Source of the DNA: a virus
Reading direction: 5' to 3' (one strand)
Virus record (IMG/VR): IMGVR_UViG_3300025133_000023
Length of the DNA: 64,000 nt
Part shown: in pieces, positions 48,522 through 58,117 of the stretch
Position numbering within the stretch: position 1 is the first letter of the stretch
Layout: each line of letters begins with the position of its first letter
The notes under the pieces: model-generated
The model's input: only the letters and a program-made list of their open reading frames with translations
Told to the model about the DNA's origin: nothing
Databases searched by the model: none
Translations under genes and position numbers: made by a program

Positions 48522-49205
48522 ATGATTGAATATCCCCTAAACAAAGATCCCAGCTATATCACAACAGAAGCATGTCAAGCTGACGTGTGGCTTGTTGCTT
48601 CACCCAAGCTCATCTTCAATGGAGGTCACCCCTTTAGTCGAGATATTCTTCACATGTATGGGTTCCTTCCAAAAGAAGGACTCTACGTTGTAGAAAGCTT
48701 CAATAGATCTTTGAGGCACGGTTACCATGACCGAAACAAGGTCATCATTGGTATTTCCAAGGAAGACTTCGAAGCTCAGATGAACTCAGGCTTCTGGAGT
48801 GTTCTCACCAATCAGCAGTGGGAACTTATCGTCAGCCTGTCTCGTCAAATTGAAGAAAAGCTCGAAACCTACACAGAAGAAGTCATTCGTAACAATCGCC
48901 TTGCTAACCTAGCTATTGAAGGCTTTGTATGGCACAAGTTCAACAATGCTCCCACCTGGCTTCTTGTCCCCGAAAACGACCTAACCAACACCCGAGTTTC
49001 TCTTGGGATGTATAAAAGACTTAAGGATGGTACATGGAAATGTACACACCTTGATTCTTCTTCCCAAACAAAGCCTCCCAAGCGCAAGTTCAATAGCCGT
49101 CGTCTTCGAAGTGAGACTGAATGCAGAGCTTGTATTTTCTGGGAAATCACAGCTTACGACCCCAATGCCTTCTATTGGAAGGTTATCCCGAGTAAAAACA
49201 AATGA
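48522..49205 (+). CDS. Hypothetical protein
   Basis: 227 aa. Confidence 0.55.
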   Translation: MIEYPLNKDPSYITTEACQADVWLVASPKLIFNGGHPFSRDILHMYGFLPKEGLYVVESFNRSLRHGYHDRNKVIIGISKEDFEAQMNSGFWSVLTNQQWELIVSLSRQIEEKLETYTEEVIRNNRLANLAIEGFVWHKFNNAPTWLLVPENDLTNTRVSLGMYKRLKDGTWKCTHLDSSSQTKPPKRKFNSRRLRSETECRACIFWEITAYDPNAFYWKVIPSKNK

Positions 49206-49759
49206 ACGGAATCACCATAGTTGCTCTTAGCACTGTTATTTTTCTCCTTCTCTGCTACATCACCGTTTGGGTAACTCACCACACTCTCCGTTGGAGTAGG
49301 GGATTGCCCTCTGTTTTCAACAATGCTTTCGATGTATGGGATAATGAGGAGAACAACAGTGACAAGTAGACTTCAGCAAGGACTAGAAAGGCTAGGCTTC
49401 ATCCCTACTGTTTCAACTCTTTCACGTAAAGAAAACATCAAGCTTGGATTTATCCAACTTGTAGCGTCAGCAACTGTCATTATTAGTGGTGGCCACTATG
49501 ACTGTACTTGGGGAAGTGTCTACGCCAGCAAACTCCGAACCAAAATGATGGCTGCAGCAATGCTTAACCTCTTTGGAAATCCACCAGACTCATCAGATCC
49601 TTCACCTAATGAGCCCAATCCTTTCACTGATCTGAACAACAAGTAACTAAAGCTTAATCATTCCATTATCAAACTCTCCCTGTTATTATGTTGAGCAACA
49701 CAGCTTCTATCACAAAATTTAGGATTAGCTGTTTCTTTAATATAAAATAAACAATTCAC

Positions 49760-49840
49760 GGGGAAGTATCTCCTCGGCCTCCTAAGCTGTTGAAAGAGTA
49801 ACCTGGATACATGTGGGTTCGAATCCCTCCTTCCCTGCCA
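49760..49840 (+). ncRNA. Non-canonical tRNA-like RNA with CCU (Arg) loop and no canonical D-arm
   Basis: GGGGAAG/CTTCCCT-G-CCA; T-loop TTCGAAT; CGGC-CTCCTAA-GCTG nested inside TATC/GATA. Confidence 0.6.
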
Positions 49841-49860
49841 TTTTAACAACGGTGAATTCA

Positions 49861-50103
49861 ATGAGCAAGAAGAAGAACCAGTCCTCGCAGCCGACCCGGC
49901 CCCGTAATTGGGTCGCAGTTCACGCTAAACTTCGGTCTGGAGCTGGTCCACATCGTTCCTCTAAAAGCTATGACCGTTCACGCTGTCCTAGTTGTGACGA
50001 GAAGATAAATTCTCAAGGCCTTTGCCCAGATTGTGACGAAGAGCATGACAGACCTGACAACTCCACCACCAACGGAACAGAAAACCTCCCAAATTCAGAT
50101 TAA
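49861..50103 (+). CDS. Small basic protein with Zn ribbon
   Basis: CPSC..CPDC. Confidence 0.5.
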   Translation: MSKKKNQSSQPTRPRNWVAVHAKLRSGAGPHRSSKSYDRSRCPSCDEKINSQGLCPDCDEEHDRPDNSTTNGTENLPNSD

Positions 50104-50563
50104 TATTTCAGTTAGCACAAGTTGGGCAACCGATACCGCCACTGATCTATGTGAATTGCTAGGACTTCCAGTTCCCGGCGAAAGAGCCCTTCTTTGGAAC
50201 ACTAAACAAGGCCTCACCATTGCAGTAGTCCGACAACCCGACCATTGCATCATGGTGTACTCCATGCCTGCCAACGACATGGCAGAATTCCTTGAGGCCC
50301 TCCTAGAGGCCAGCAGGTGGGTTCCTGAAAGCTTCATGAACCTTCAGCCACTTCCTTCGGACAAGACTCCCCTAGAATTGTCTGAGGGCCCTGTGGCGAA
50401 CATCTTCGAGCACCCTCTCTTCTCTTTTGCAGGAGGGGCAAGCGAATGGCTCGAGTTCTCCAAAAGTCTCAAAGATGCTCCCATTGGTGGAGATACCGAA
50501 GACTGGATTCAGTGGTTCCAAGAACAGGCTGACCTAGACGAAGACGAAGAACCTGAGGACTAG
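50045..50563 (+). CDS. Hypothetical acidic protein
   Basis: About 170 aa; start uncertain. Confidence 0.5.
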   Translation: MTDLTTPPPTEQKTSQIQINISVSTSWATDTATDLCELLGLPVPGERALLWNTKQGLTIAVVRQPDHCIMVYSMPANDMAEFLEALLEASRWVPESFMNLQPLPSDKTPLELSEGPVANIFEHPLFSFAGGASEWLEFSKSLKDAPIGGDTEDWIQWFQEQADLDEDEEPED

Positions 50564-50589
50564 GCTTAACCCATGGTAGAATCTTTGCC

Positions 50590-50907
50590 ATGGATAAGCC
50601 CGTCACACTCAATCAAATCGTTGAACAGCTTAAGCTTGCTCAAAAGCAAGGTTCCCTAATTGATCCACAAGAAGAGCATTTTATTGTTCTTTGTGGAGAA
50701 AGCTTTAAGGTAAAGGAAGTCTCTCCTGAGGTATTCCTTACCTGGTTGGCAACTCATCACCCCGATCTCGCTGAAGATATGGGTTTGCCTCAACTCAAAG
50801 AAGAATCAGAACCCAACCAAAGGAGAATCATTCTCGCTTTGGCTATTACTGCTCTCGTTAAATACGATAAGCAGTTCTATGGCGATAAAGAATTCTGGGT
50901 TCATTGA
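50590..50907 (+). CDS. Hypothetical protein
   Basis: 105 aa. Confidence 0.5.
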   Translation: MDKPVTLNQIVEQLKLAQKQGSLIDPQEEHFIVLCGESFKVKEVSPEVFLTWLATHHPDLAEDMGLPQLKEESEPNQRRIILALAITALVKYDKQFYGDKEFWVH

Positions 50908-50949
50908 TTTTTTAGTTTTCAAAGTTTTACTTAGAAAGGTAACACTCAG

Positions 50950-51357
50950 ATGGCTTCTACCAAGACCCCCACAGCCCCCAAGGCTCTCGAGATCAAGTAC
51001 ATCGCCAAGCCTGTTCATACAACGTATTCTCTCATTTTCATCGGAAAAGATGATTTTAACGGAAACAAGTTCCGTTGTGGACTCTACAGTGAAAACTTCA
51101 ACGCAAAACAGCTACAGGCAGATGGTTTTCCCACTGCTGAAACTGCTCTTCAAAATCTGCTCATTCAGTTCATGAGCAAGATGGCAGATGAAGACGGAGA
51201 GCTCACCACGCTCGGCCACTGGGCCAAGATTCATCCTTTGGCTGGCTTGTCCACCCAGGGCAACGGCGTCAGGCTTCCACTACGAGCTCTGAAGATTGTT
51301 CAAGCTCTTATGGGACTCATGCCACCCGACGAGGGCATGGAGCTTCCTACGCTCTAA
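50950..51357 (+). CDS. Hypothetical protein
   Basis: 135 aa; AAAGG RBS. Confidence 0.55.
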   Translation: MASTKTPTAPKALEIKYIAKPVHTTYSLIFIGKDDFNGNKFRCGLYSENFNAKQLQADGFPTAETALQNLLIQFMSKMADEDGELTTLGHWAKIHPLAGLSTQGNGVRLPLRALKIVQALMGLMPPDEGMELPTL

Positions 51358-51539
51358 GTAGTTTTTTTTATTCCTCAAATTTCGTGATAATCGTTGTTGA
51401 TTGTCATACTCGTGAGTATGCAAACAATTATGCTGCTCTAGGCCACGCGCGGCCAAAACAACAGGGGGCATCTTCCCCAAACCTGTCCACAGTGAGGCTC
51501 AATTAGCCTTAGCCTCCAAGGACGAAGGGAGTTAATAAC

Positions 51540-52052
51540 ATGACTGAAATCAATTTTTCTGCACAGGACATCGTCAAGTTGCAGTTCCGATGCGAGCGCC
51601 CAGGCGGCGGCGGCATCGAGGTTACCACAGCACTGAGCGCTTCTGAGCTCGGTTTGACCGGCGCTGAGGATGAAAATTCTCCCATCGCGCTGACGGCACA
51701 GTTCGACTCGGACAGCATCAACGATGCTCTGGCCGAAGCGGCTAACGCCAACACCCCAAGTGAGCGCGCTGCTGCGCTTTCTCGCGCCTTCGAAGCTCGT
51801 GCGCAGTACGAGCAGGCTCTCGCTGCCCAGCTGGCAGACGGTGCCCAGTCTCAGGGCGAGTCTGTAGCCACTGCGGTTGTGGATTGGCTGTGCGCAGGTA
51901 ACCTGCGTGATGAGGAGGGTAAGGCAGTAAGCTTCTCTCGGGAGGACGGTTCGCTGTTCGTCATCCGTGAGAGTGAGCTGAATGTCAGCCAGCGTCGTGA
52001 GGTCGAGGGCCACGGGTTCTTCGTCGTCACCGCGACTGCGACCTGGGGCTAA
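51540..52052 (+). CDS. Hypothetical protein
   Basis: 170 aa; AAGGGAG RBS. Confidence 0.6.
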   Translation: MTEINFSAQDIVKLQFRCERPGGGGIEVTTALSASELGLTGAEDENSPIALTAQFDSDSINDALAEAANANTPSERAAALSRAFEARAQYEQALAAQLADGAQSQGESVATAVVDWLCAGNLRDEEGKAVSFSREDGSLFVIRESELNVSQRREVEGHGFFVVTATATWG

Positions 52053-52092
52053 GCCCTAGGCCGAACTTAACGTCTAAATAACGTTAAAAAGT

Positions 52093-52131
52093 TTTAGAGG
52101 GGAGCTGGGCATTGCCTGGTTCCCCTCTAAA
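52093..52131 (+). promoter_or_regulatory. 18-bp G.U-containing hairpin
   Basis: TTTAGAGGGGAGCTGGGC-ATT-GCCTGGTTCCCCTCTAAA. Confidence 0.55.
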
Positions 52132-52179
52132 CTTGTGTCTCGCTCACATAATACCCTTCTCCCTTTGAAAGAGAGTCCC

Positions 52180-53613
52180 ATGAGTTCAATCACCAAGACT
52201 GCCGATGTAACACGAACTCGTAAGGGTGTTCGTATCAACAAGCCGGGAAGCTTCTTTATCCGTGATACTTCTATCAACGGAGATAAGAGCGTTTTCTGGT
52301 TTACCAATGGAGAGCCTGGCCAGGTATGGCCTCGGCCTACTCTCATTGCCATGGCCAATGCTGCTCGCAGCTGGTATGGAGAAATCAACATCGGTAACGG
52401 TGACGTGGATTCTCCCTATGGGGCCGCCCTTGCTTTCGATAGCGAATGGCTTGAGCAATATCATCCCCAGTTGCTTGCTCAAGTAATCCAGAACAACAAG
52501 AACACAAACACCGCCTACAGCAAGGCAGAACTGGCTGAGCTCAAGGCTCAAGTAGAAGCTGGAACACTCCCCTGGTGGAAGGCTCCCAACTTCGAAAACC
52601 TTGGACACCCCGCCAATGGCAGGCTCCTCAACATTGGTGGGTTTATTGTCACTGCTGGACCTCGGTTCCCCAACGGAATGAGTCCAACTCCGCTAATCGG
52701 TATCGTTGGATCTCGAAAGCTCGGCTTCTTTGGTCCAACCATCGGAAGAGACCTGCTCAAGGACAGTGGGCAAGCCTATCCAAACGAATGCGCATCTGAC
52801 TTGATAGGATTCCCAGTCCTTACGCTACTTGACCCTACCACAGGCAAGGCCAACTTTGAAAAGACTGCCGAATGGCATGCCGAAGAAGACCCCGAGTTCA
52901 TGGAACAGCTGATTGATGTTCTTCCCAAGTACACTCGCTTCTACGGCCGACCTGTAGGAACCTACATCAATGAAGGCTGGAATTACTTCAACAAGCTGCC
53001 CAAGTCAGAACCCAAGTGGAATGAGCTTCCCTCCCCTGCCAAGGCTATTGAAGAAGTAACTCTCAATATGCAGACACTCGAGATGTGCGAAGACGTCGCC
53101 GTCGCAGCTGCTGAGTGGGTTCCCATCTGCTTTAGTGACCATCAGCCCGAATACGACGAGGCTGGCAAGTTCCTCGGCTACAACGAAAACAAGATGAAGA
53201 ACACTTATCGTTGGGGATTGCGAATGATCTTCAAAAAGCAGGGCGGAAAGAAGGGGACTGGCAAGTTCAAGCAGTGGGGTTCCGACAAGAACATCTGCGC
53301 ATGGGTTAGCTATCGACCCGACATCGATGCTGAGCGTCCTTGGCGACTGATTAAGTCTACCAAGTGCCAGCGCAAAAACCGTTGGTCCAAGTACGACTCA
53401 TCTATTGCAGGCAATACCTATTACAACCAGGCTCTTCCTGATACAGACCATGCCGTTTGTCAATGGGCTTGTAACTCAATGGCTCAGATGGCTTCTGACT
53501 ATCCCGCCACTCGAACCCCCATCTTCAATGGTGGAACCGATGGAGTGAAGAAGATCGGCAACTTCAAGAAGAAGCTTCAGGCAACAATCAAGGCCAACAT
53601 CTTCGCAGTCTAA
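52180..53613 (+). CDS. Hypothetical protein upstream of ThiF
   Basis: About 477 aa; start refined to ATG 52180. Confidence 0.6.
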   Translation: MSSITKTADVTRTRKGVRINKPGSFFIRDTSINGDKSVFWFTNGEPGQVWPRPTLIAMANAARSWYGEINIGNGDVDSPYGAALAFDSEWLEQYHPQLLAQVIQNNKNTNTAYSKAELAELKAQVEAGTLPWWKAPNFENLGHPANGRLLNIGGFIVTAGPRFPNGMSPTPLIGIVGSRKLGFFGPTIGRDLLKDSGQAYPNECASDLIGFPVLTLLDPTTGKANFEKTAEWHAEEDPEFMEQLIDVLPKYTRFYGRPVGTYINEGWNYFNKLPKSEPKWNELPSPAKAIEEVTLNMQTLEMCEDVAVAAAEWVPICFSDHQPEYDEAGKFLGYNENKMKNTYRWGLRMIFKKQGGKKGTGKFKQWGSDKNICAWVSYRPDIDAERPWRLIKSTKCQRKNRWSKYDSSIAGNTYYNQALPDTDHAVCQWACNSMAQMASDYPATRTPIFNGGTDGVKKIGNFKKKLQATIKANIFAV

Positions 53614-53649
53614 CGACTCCTACCCAGTCTTAAGAAAGGCTATTCCCTC

Positions 53650-54471
53650 ATGCAAGAGCAAAAGATTGTTTTCGTTGGTCTTGGATTCCTTGGGTCCTGG
53701 TTCAATGAAATGGCCTGCAAGGCCATCTTCACCCAGGACATCGAAGCTAGCGTCGTCTACATCGATGATGATGCTTTCGAGCTTCGTAACGCAGGTAACC
53801 AGAACATCAACCTGGGTTTCGCTTCTCAGGAAACCCCTAAGGTAGTGGCAGCTTCTCGAATCGCCATGGGCTACAAGATCATGGCAACCACCCGCCAGAC
53901 AAGGCTCGACATGAACAACATGTTCGATCTTCTCGAAGGCGCAACGCTCATCATCGATAGCGTTGACAACGTCCCAACTCGCCAGCTCCTGAACATGGCA
54001 GGAACCGCTCTCAAGGTTCCCGTCATGCACCTGGGCATTAGCAAGAAGGGCAGTGGACGAGTCGATTGGACCGCTCCTGGCTTCCAGACATTCCCCTACA
54101 CCGTAGAGGCAATGGCTGGACGAAAAATGGCTGACGACGATGGTGGCGGTGAGCCTCCCTGCGAGATGTTCGCTCATCTTCCCAACGGACTCATGCTCAT
54201 CGGAGCAGCAACCAAGGCTCTCTGCCTGTACTACGGGAAGGACCCCTGGGATCAGTCTGGGAACCTCATTCGTAGAGCTTGCATCGCAGCCGGATTGGAA
54301 GGGGATCTCCTCGAAGAGATGGTAGCTTCTACCGTCGAAGAGATTGGTCCTCGAATGGAAATGGAAGGTCTTCTCACTTGTTGGGACACGTGGCCTGAAG
54401 GTTGTCGGATTCGTACCGACGTCACAACTTTGGTAGATGACTTCTACCCCGTTCTCGAAGGGAGCGAATAA
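53650..54471 (+). CDS. ThiF/E1-like adenylyltransferase
   Basis: IVFVGLGFLGS, IDDDAFELRNAGNQ, PKV, LIIDSVDNVPTR, PVMHLG. Confidence 0.85.
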   Translation: MQEQKIVFVGLGFLGSWFNEMACKAIFTQDIEASVVYIDDDAFELRNAGNQNINLGFASQETPKVVAASRIAMGYKIMATTRQTRLDMNNMFDLLEGATLIIDSVDNVPTRQLLNMAGTALKVPVMHLGISKKGSGRVDWTAPGFQTFPYTVEAMAGRKMADDDGGGEPPCEMFAHLPNGLMLIGAATKALCLYYGKDPWDQSGNLIRRACIAAGLEGDLLEEMVASTVEEIGPRMEMEGLLTCWDTWPEGCRIRTDVTTLVDDFYPVLEGSE

Positions 54472-54474
54472 ACA

Positions 54475-55974
54475 ATGCCCACACCCAATGGCGGTTACCC
54501 TTGGCAGGGTCACGGCGGCTACACTAGCTACACTGGCTACACTGGCGGAGCTTATCAGTCCACCATCTACGGCTACTATCTCATCAAGATGGAAGACGGA
54601 ACCACAATCATCGATGACATCACCAGCAAGGATGAGTACGAAGCGATTCTTCTGAGTAATCAGTTCGAAATCGAGCACAATGCCGATCCCGAAGACTGTG
54701 ACCTTAAGAAGCTTCCCAAAGACCTCACCCACGACTTCATCGCTATTCACTGTAGCGAAAAGGACATCAGCTGGACCAAGAAGACTCGTTTCGTCCATAC
54801 TTGCCTTGTCAAGGCTGCCAATGAACATTTGTCTCATTGGTTTGGTCGAAAGCTCGACTCTAGCGATGAGAATTGGTACTCGTCCTACGCCGACAAGGTG
54901 ACCAAGGACGGTTGCGCTGAAAAGTGGACCCTTACCGTCACTCACCAGCTCGTGTCTCCTTATGAGATCGGCATCAAGAAGGTGTTCGTTCCTCGTAACG
55001 CCAACCTCTCTCCCGAGATGTATGTCTGGATGGGACGCTTGGGGGCCAATCCCGACTTTGCCAAGAACTACTCCACCACCAACGAAGAGTATTTCGCCAA
55101 ACTGGGATGCGACCAGGCTTCCATCAACAAGATCAAGGACGCCACGGAGCGTGCCAGCATGCAGGACATGCATGACCAGATGGATGCCATGTTCGGCTTC
55201 CAGTGCGTGGAAACCCCGCCAGGTCCGGCTATTGTCCTCAGCTCCTTCTCCTCTTCTGGGGGTATGACTTGGAGCAGCTCTGGAGGTTATTCCAACAGCA
55301 GCACCTATGGAGCAACCAACACTCACAGTGGTGGTGCTTTCTACGAAGGCCCACGTTCTGGAAGGAAGAGCTCTTGGAAGATTGCTGTCCAGCTTGGCTG
55401 GCTCAAGGATCTTTCCTACGACGAGTTCAAGTTCCCCCTCGATCCCTACCGAACTGATCCTGGGGTTATGACTCCCAAGTGCAACACTCTCAAGATTGTC
55501 AAGCAAGATGGCAAGTCCTTTGATGTGTGGCAGGTCAAGTCCTGGCTCTCCAAGAAGAAGGCCAAGGAAACTGCAGCACGCAACAAGGCCAATACTCAGG
55601 CAAGAAAGCCTTTCTTGCAGGCCGTTCGACGGCTTGCTCAGAAGTTCCACATCAACGCCAAGGAAGCCAAGGCCGTTCTCGATTCCTTCAATGGAAATGA
55701 ATACCAGGCTAACAAGTTCCTCGAAGATGGCGATCTGACGAAGATTCCTCAGTCTCAGAGCGTAGCCCCTACTCGGGTTACTACTGGATCTCAGGGTCCT
55801 CAGTCTTCAATGGGTTTCTTCGGGTCCGACATGTGTCCTGACTGTTTCCAGCGAATGAAGGCATACATCATTGATGATCAGTACTGCTGTGATCAGTGTA
55901 ACGCTGTTCTTGGGCCAGCAAAGTCAAATCTACCTTCTGTGGTAGTTCCCCCAGGATTCAAGAAGTCGCTCTAG
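54475..55974 (+). CDS. Multidomain protein with UBA-like helical motif and C-terminal Zn ribbon
   Basis: LAQKFHINAKEAKAVLDSFNGNEYQANKFL resembles the UBA pattern; CPDC..CDQC. Confidence 0.55.
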   Translation: MPTPNGGYPWQGHGGYTSYTGYTGGAYQSTIYGYYLIKMEDGTTIIDDITSKDEYEAILLSNQFEIEHNADPEDCDLKKLPKDLTHDFIAIHCSEKDISWTKKTRFVHTCLVKAANEHLSHWFGRKLDSSDENWYSSYADKVTKDGCAEKWTLTVTHQLVSPYEIGIKKVFVPRNANLSPEMYVWMGRLGANPDFAKNYSTTNEEYFAKLGCDQASINKIKDATERASMQDMHDQMDAMFGFQCVETPPGPAIVLSSFSSSGGMTWSSSGGYSNSSTYGATNTHSGGAFYEGPRSGRKSSWKIAVQLGWLKDLSYDEFKFPLDPYRTDPGVMTPKCNTLKIVKQDGKSFDVWQVKSWLSKKKAKETAARNKANTQARKPFLQAVRRLAQKFHINAKEAKAVLDSFNGNEYQANKFLEDGDLTKIPQSQSVAPTRVTTGSQGPQSSMGFFGSDMCPDCFQRMKAYIIDDQYCCDQCNAVLGPAKSNLPSVVVPPGFKKSL

Positions 55975-56019
55975 TCAAATAGAGTAACCTAAGAAAACTT
56001 ACGTGAGGGGGATCAGCTT

Positions 56020-56048
56020 TTGTTGGTTCCCTAAACGTATGCTACAAT
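56020..56048 (+). promoter_or_regulatory. Extended -10 promoter for tRNA-Ser
   Basis: TTGTTG-17 nt-TACAAT with TGn extension. Confidence 0.5.
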
Positions 56049-56061
56049 CGACTTTACTTAA

Positions 56062-56148
56062 GGAAGGTACCGGCAAGGTGTCAAAACTGGTTTGAACCCA
56101 GTGGGGACGTGATGAGCGTTCGGGTTTCGATTACTCTACTTTCCTCCA
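56062..56148 (+). tRNA. tRNA-Ser(UGA) with 8/4 acceptor/T fold
   Basis: GGAAGGTA/TACTTTCC 8 bp, GGGT/ACTC 4 bp, ACTGG-TTTGAAC-CCAGT, long variable arm. Confidence 0.7.
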
Positions 56149-56166
56149 TTTTCTAAAGGGTAATCA

Positions 56167-56403
56167 ATGCCAAAGTTCAATAGACACATGACAAAAATCT
56201 ATGTCAGTTTGGACTCCTTTGAGAACATTGAAGCTACCTACTATTGGCTAAGGTCCCAACTCTATAAGGACCATACAGTCACCATAATCACCCCTAGTCA
56301 AAAGATCTATCTAAGAGGAAAATGGAAGCAGTTACCTGCTTTACAATTTCTCTTAGAGATGATGCGTTTTCTGAATCCAGAGATACGTATCAAAGGAGAA
56401 TAA
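56167..56403 (+). CDS. Hypothetical protein
   Basis: 78 aa. Confidence 0.45.
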   Translation: MPKFNRHMTKIYVSLDSFENIEATYYWLRSQLYKDHTVTIITPSQKIYLRGKWKQLPALQFLLEMMRFLNPEIRIKGE

Positions 56404-56942
56404 TGAGTGGAATCATCTTGCCAGGACAGCAAAATATGTCACAGCAACAAATCGACGCAATCGACAGAAAGCAAAGAATGCTTACCCTTCTACACAAGTG
56501 GGAAGCTTTCGTTAACGCAAGCACAGCTGATGAAGTTCTTGAAAGCGAAATAGGGATTTCAATCCTTGCCAACATCGATAGATTTATTGCTGCATTCCCT
56601 AGTGCTGTTATTGGAGAAGATGACCGTCATGAGATGGTCCTTAAGCTTCATGGGGGCAGTCATATTCTTCTCACAGAACAGATTGCAATGAAGGAAGCAA
56701 TGGAAGCAAGGGGACAGAAGGTTCCTGATGAAGCACTCCTAATGACCGTTGCTCAGGTTATTACGTTTGTAGAAGGCATTGCTCTTCACGATCCTCAGGT
56801 TACTTCCAATCCAATGTTTAGAGCTTTTGCTTTAGCCATTGAGTTAGGTTTTGTCAAGACACAAACGGACCCAACAAATATTTCTGAAATAGTTAATCCA
56901 ATAGAACCAACTCCTGAGACAAATATTCCACTTGCCGAATAA
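56403..56942 (+). CDS. Hypothetical protein
   Basis: AAAGGAG RBS; TAATG coupling. Confidence 0.55.
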   Translation: MSGIILPGQQNMSQQQIDAIDRKQRMLTLLHKWEAFVNASTADEVLESEIGISILANIDRFIAAFPSAVIGEDDRHEMVLKLHGGSHILLTEQIAMKEAMEARGQKVPDEALLMTVAQVITFVEGIALHDPQVTSNPMFRAFALAIELGFVKTQTDPTNISEIVNPIEPTPETNIPLAE

Positions 56943-56972
56943 CTTCTTTTAGTGCTAAACTAAGGAAACATT

Positions 56973-57048
56973 GCCTTTATAATTCAATGGTTTAGAATTC
57001 TTCTGTGGTATAGAAGAGACTATGGTTCGATTCCGCACCTAGGCACCA
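56973..57048 (+). tRNA. Degenerate tRNA-Thr(GGU)-like
   Basis: Cloverleaf with CCA but three acceptor mismatches and G at position 32. Confidence 0.45.
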
Positions 57049-57063
57049 TGAAAAAAATAATGA

Positions 57064-57141
57064 GCGGGCGTAGTGTTTAATGGTCTAGCACGGCAGCCTT
57101 CCAAGCTTTAAGTAGGGGTTCGAATCCCCTCGTCCGCTCCA
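57064..57141 (+). tRNA. tRNA-Gly(UCC)
   Basis: GCGGGCG/CGTCCGC-T-CCA, loop CTTCCAA. Confidence 0.9.
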
Positions 57142-57164
57142 ACTTCTTTAAAGGCTTCATCACT

Positions 57165-57596
57165 ATGCGAAAGTTTCTAGCAAACACACTCAGCAAAGTC
57201 CTCGACAAAATCATTGGTCCAGTTCTGGACCCCCTTGATGTCACCCAAGCCCTATCTGAGGCCATCACAGAAACAACCAATGAAATGACGCCCTCTCCTA
57301 GAGTGGTCGTTGCTTCTTCTGTTCTAGTCGAGCCCTCCTCCGCGCAAGAATCCAATTGGACCCATTGCGACAAGTCCGAATACTACAGAATGATTGTTCC
57401 TTCAGATGTAACCGACATGAACAAAAGTCAACCTGCCTACATGGCAACTATCATCGAAGACAAAAACACCGGTGATGTAAGGATGGTTCCTTATTTGAAG
57501 GTTCCAATGATTCTACAAGTACATGCTACTGTAGACCCTCAAACAAAGGACATAGATCAACGACAGTGGATCACTCCTAAGCTCGATGAAAATTAG
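57165..57596 (+). CDS. Hypothetical protein
   Basis: 143 aa. Confidence 0.55.
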   Translation: MRKFLANTLSKVLDKIIGPVLDPLDVTQALSEAITETTNEMTPSPRVVVASSVLVEPSSAQESNWTHCDKSEYYRMIVPSDVTDMNKSQPAYMATIIEDKNTGDVRMVPYLKVPMILQVHATVDPQTKDIDQRQWITPKLDEN

Positions 57597-57622
57597 ATAA
57601 ATCCCTTTATAAGGAGAGAATC

Positions 57623-58117
57623 ATGTTGATATATCCTGATTCTCTAATCGACTATCATGTCGATGAACAAGATGGGCTACTTCTATATCTTCCTAATAAA
57701 GACAAAACAACCTGGGATCAAAGGGAACGTAAAGTTACCTCGGCCCTAGTTAATCAGTGCAATAACCAAGTTGTAGATCTTGGACTGCCGCACGGATATC
57801 ATCTTGATTCTCGCTACAAAGGCAAGCCCATCATTCATCGGTTTGTACATGACGGCCATGTTTACTGGCGAACACCGTCCTCTCGCAGCAATTATCTGGG
57901 TCAGAATCCCAATAGCCAAGAAGAATGGAACACTATCCTCGATAAGTACCCCTCTTTGGTTTCCCCAGGCTTCTTCTACAACCACACCCTTGTGTTTGTA
58001 CAAGAAAAAGCCAAGATTAAGCTCCTCGCACTCATTCATTTAAGCACTGGCGAACTCGAAGACGCAGATGAGGTCATCGCGGTTGCTGAGCATTTCGGAC
58101 TCGACTATGACACCTAA
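57623..58117 (+). CDS. Hypothetical protein
   Basis: AAGGAG RBS. Confidence 0.55.
   Translation: MLIYPDSLIDYHVDEQDGLLLYLPNKDKTTWDQRERKVTSALVNQCNNQVVDLGLPHGYHLDSRYKGKPIIHRFVHDGHVYWRTPSSRSNYLGQNPNSQEEWNTILDKYPSLVSPGFFYNHTLVFVQEKAKIKLLALIHLSTGELEDADEVIAVAEHFGLDYDT

Noticed and set aside
49861-50103. ArfA-like ribosome rescue factor
   Set aside because: Only a basic RNWVA..GAG.H..K.Y pattern; insufficient similarity to call
17073-55650. Long antisense ORFs in the GC-rich regions (e.g. 17073-18395, 26743-28179, 35367-36305, 36477-37979, 46044-47429, 53620-55650)
   Set aside because: They mirror plus-strand genes that have RBSs and strong codon bias; such shadow ORFs are expected where third positions are C/G
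56062-56148. tRNA-Sec
   Set aside because: The anticodon is UGA (Ser), not UCA
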